From IMG/VR virus record IMGVR_UViG_2778260995_000009, positions 1-5,988 of that record: 5,988 nucleotides of DNA; one strand, written 5' to 3'. Under the pieces are notes generated by a model, which searched no databases, was not told the origin of the DNA, and worked only from the letters and a program-made list of their open reading frames with translations. The stretch is from a virus. Lineage: Duplodnaviria; Heunggongvirae; Uroviricota; Caudoviricetes. The position numbers were made by a program, and so were the translations under genes. This document shows, piece after piece, positions 5,879 through 5,988 of the stretch (the first letter of the stretch is position 1; every line of letters starts with the position of its first letter).

Positions 5879-5988
5879 CCTTTCTGAATTACTGAACGTG
5901 GCGTTATGCACGGTTATCGTGCTGACGCTCTTTTTTTATCGTCGCCGTGATTCCAGACATAAACCGCTGGTGTCATGGCTGGCCTGGC
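5866..5988 (+). CDS. Small hypothetical membrane protein (3' partial, runs off window), start overlapping upstream stop
   Basis: ATG at 5866 overlaps the preceding gene's 3' end (stop TAA 5876-5878). Hydrophobic stretch VALCTVIVLTLFFY followed by RRRDSRHK fits a single-pass membrane topology. Not in the ORF track because it is truncated. Confidence 0.3.

Larger units (their letters stand above)
1..5988 (+). mobile_element. Lambdoid prophage late-regulatory segment (nin region, Q, moron slot, tRNAs, start of lysis region); window lies wholly inside the element
   Basis: Co-linear gene order NinG-like, rusA, Q, methyltransferase, tRNA trio, membrane proteins, all on one strand with overlapping stop/start codons. 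This matches established lambdoid and Stx-phage architecture. Confidence 0.8.

Noticed and set aside
1-5988. CRISPR arrays, IS elements or transposase, integrase, att sites
   Set aside because: No regularly spaced direct repeats, no terminal inverted repeats and no transposase- or integrase-like ORFs were seen; the only repeats are the two 9-bp copies at 3851-3899.

Overview
This window reads as the late-regulatory region of a lambdoid prophage of an Enterobacteriaceae (E. coli-like) host, all on the + strand: a 5'-truncated NinG/DUF968-like gene, rusA, a Q antiterminator, a small wHTH gene, an N6-adenine DNA methyltransferase, three tRNAs (Ile2-CAU, Arg-UCG, Arg-UCU) and the start of a membrane-protein (probably lysis) cassette. 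The main finding is an AT-rich insertion of about 1.9 kb directly after the Q stop codon (about 1503-3400). It carries two translationally coupled genes: an ABC/OLD-type P-loop ATPase (1592-2782) and a small TOPRIM-like protein (2782-3315). This split ATPase plus TOPRIM architecture matches abortive-infection/defence pairs such as PARIS AriA/AriB, AbiL and RloA/RloB, so I interpret it as a candidate prophage-borne anti-phage system; the exact family cannot be assigned without searches. No Shiga-toxin genes, CRISPR array or transposase are present. All calls rest on motif reading and recalled family signatures, not on database searches.
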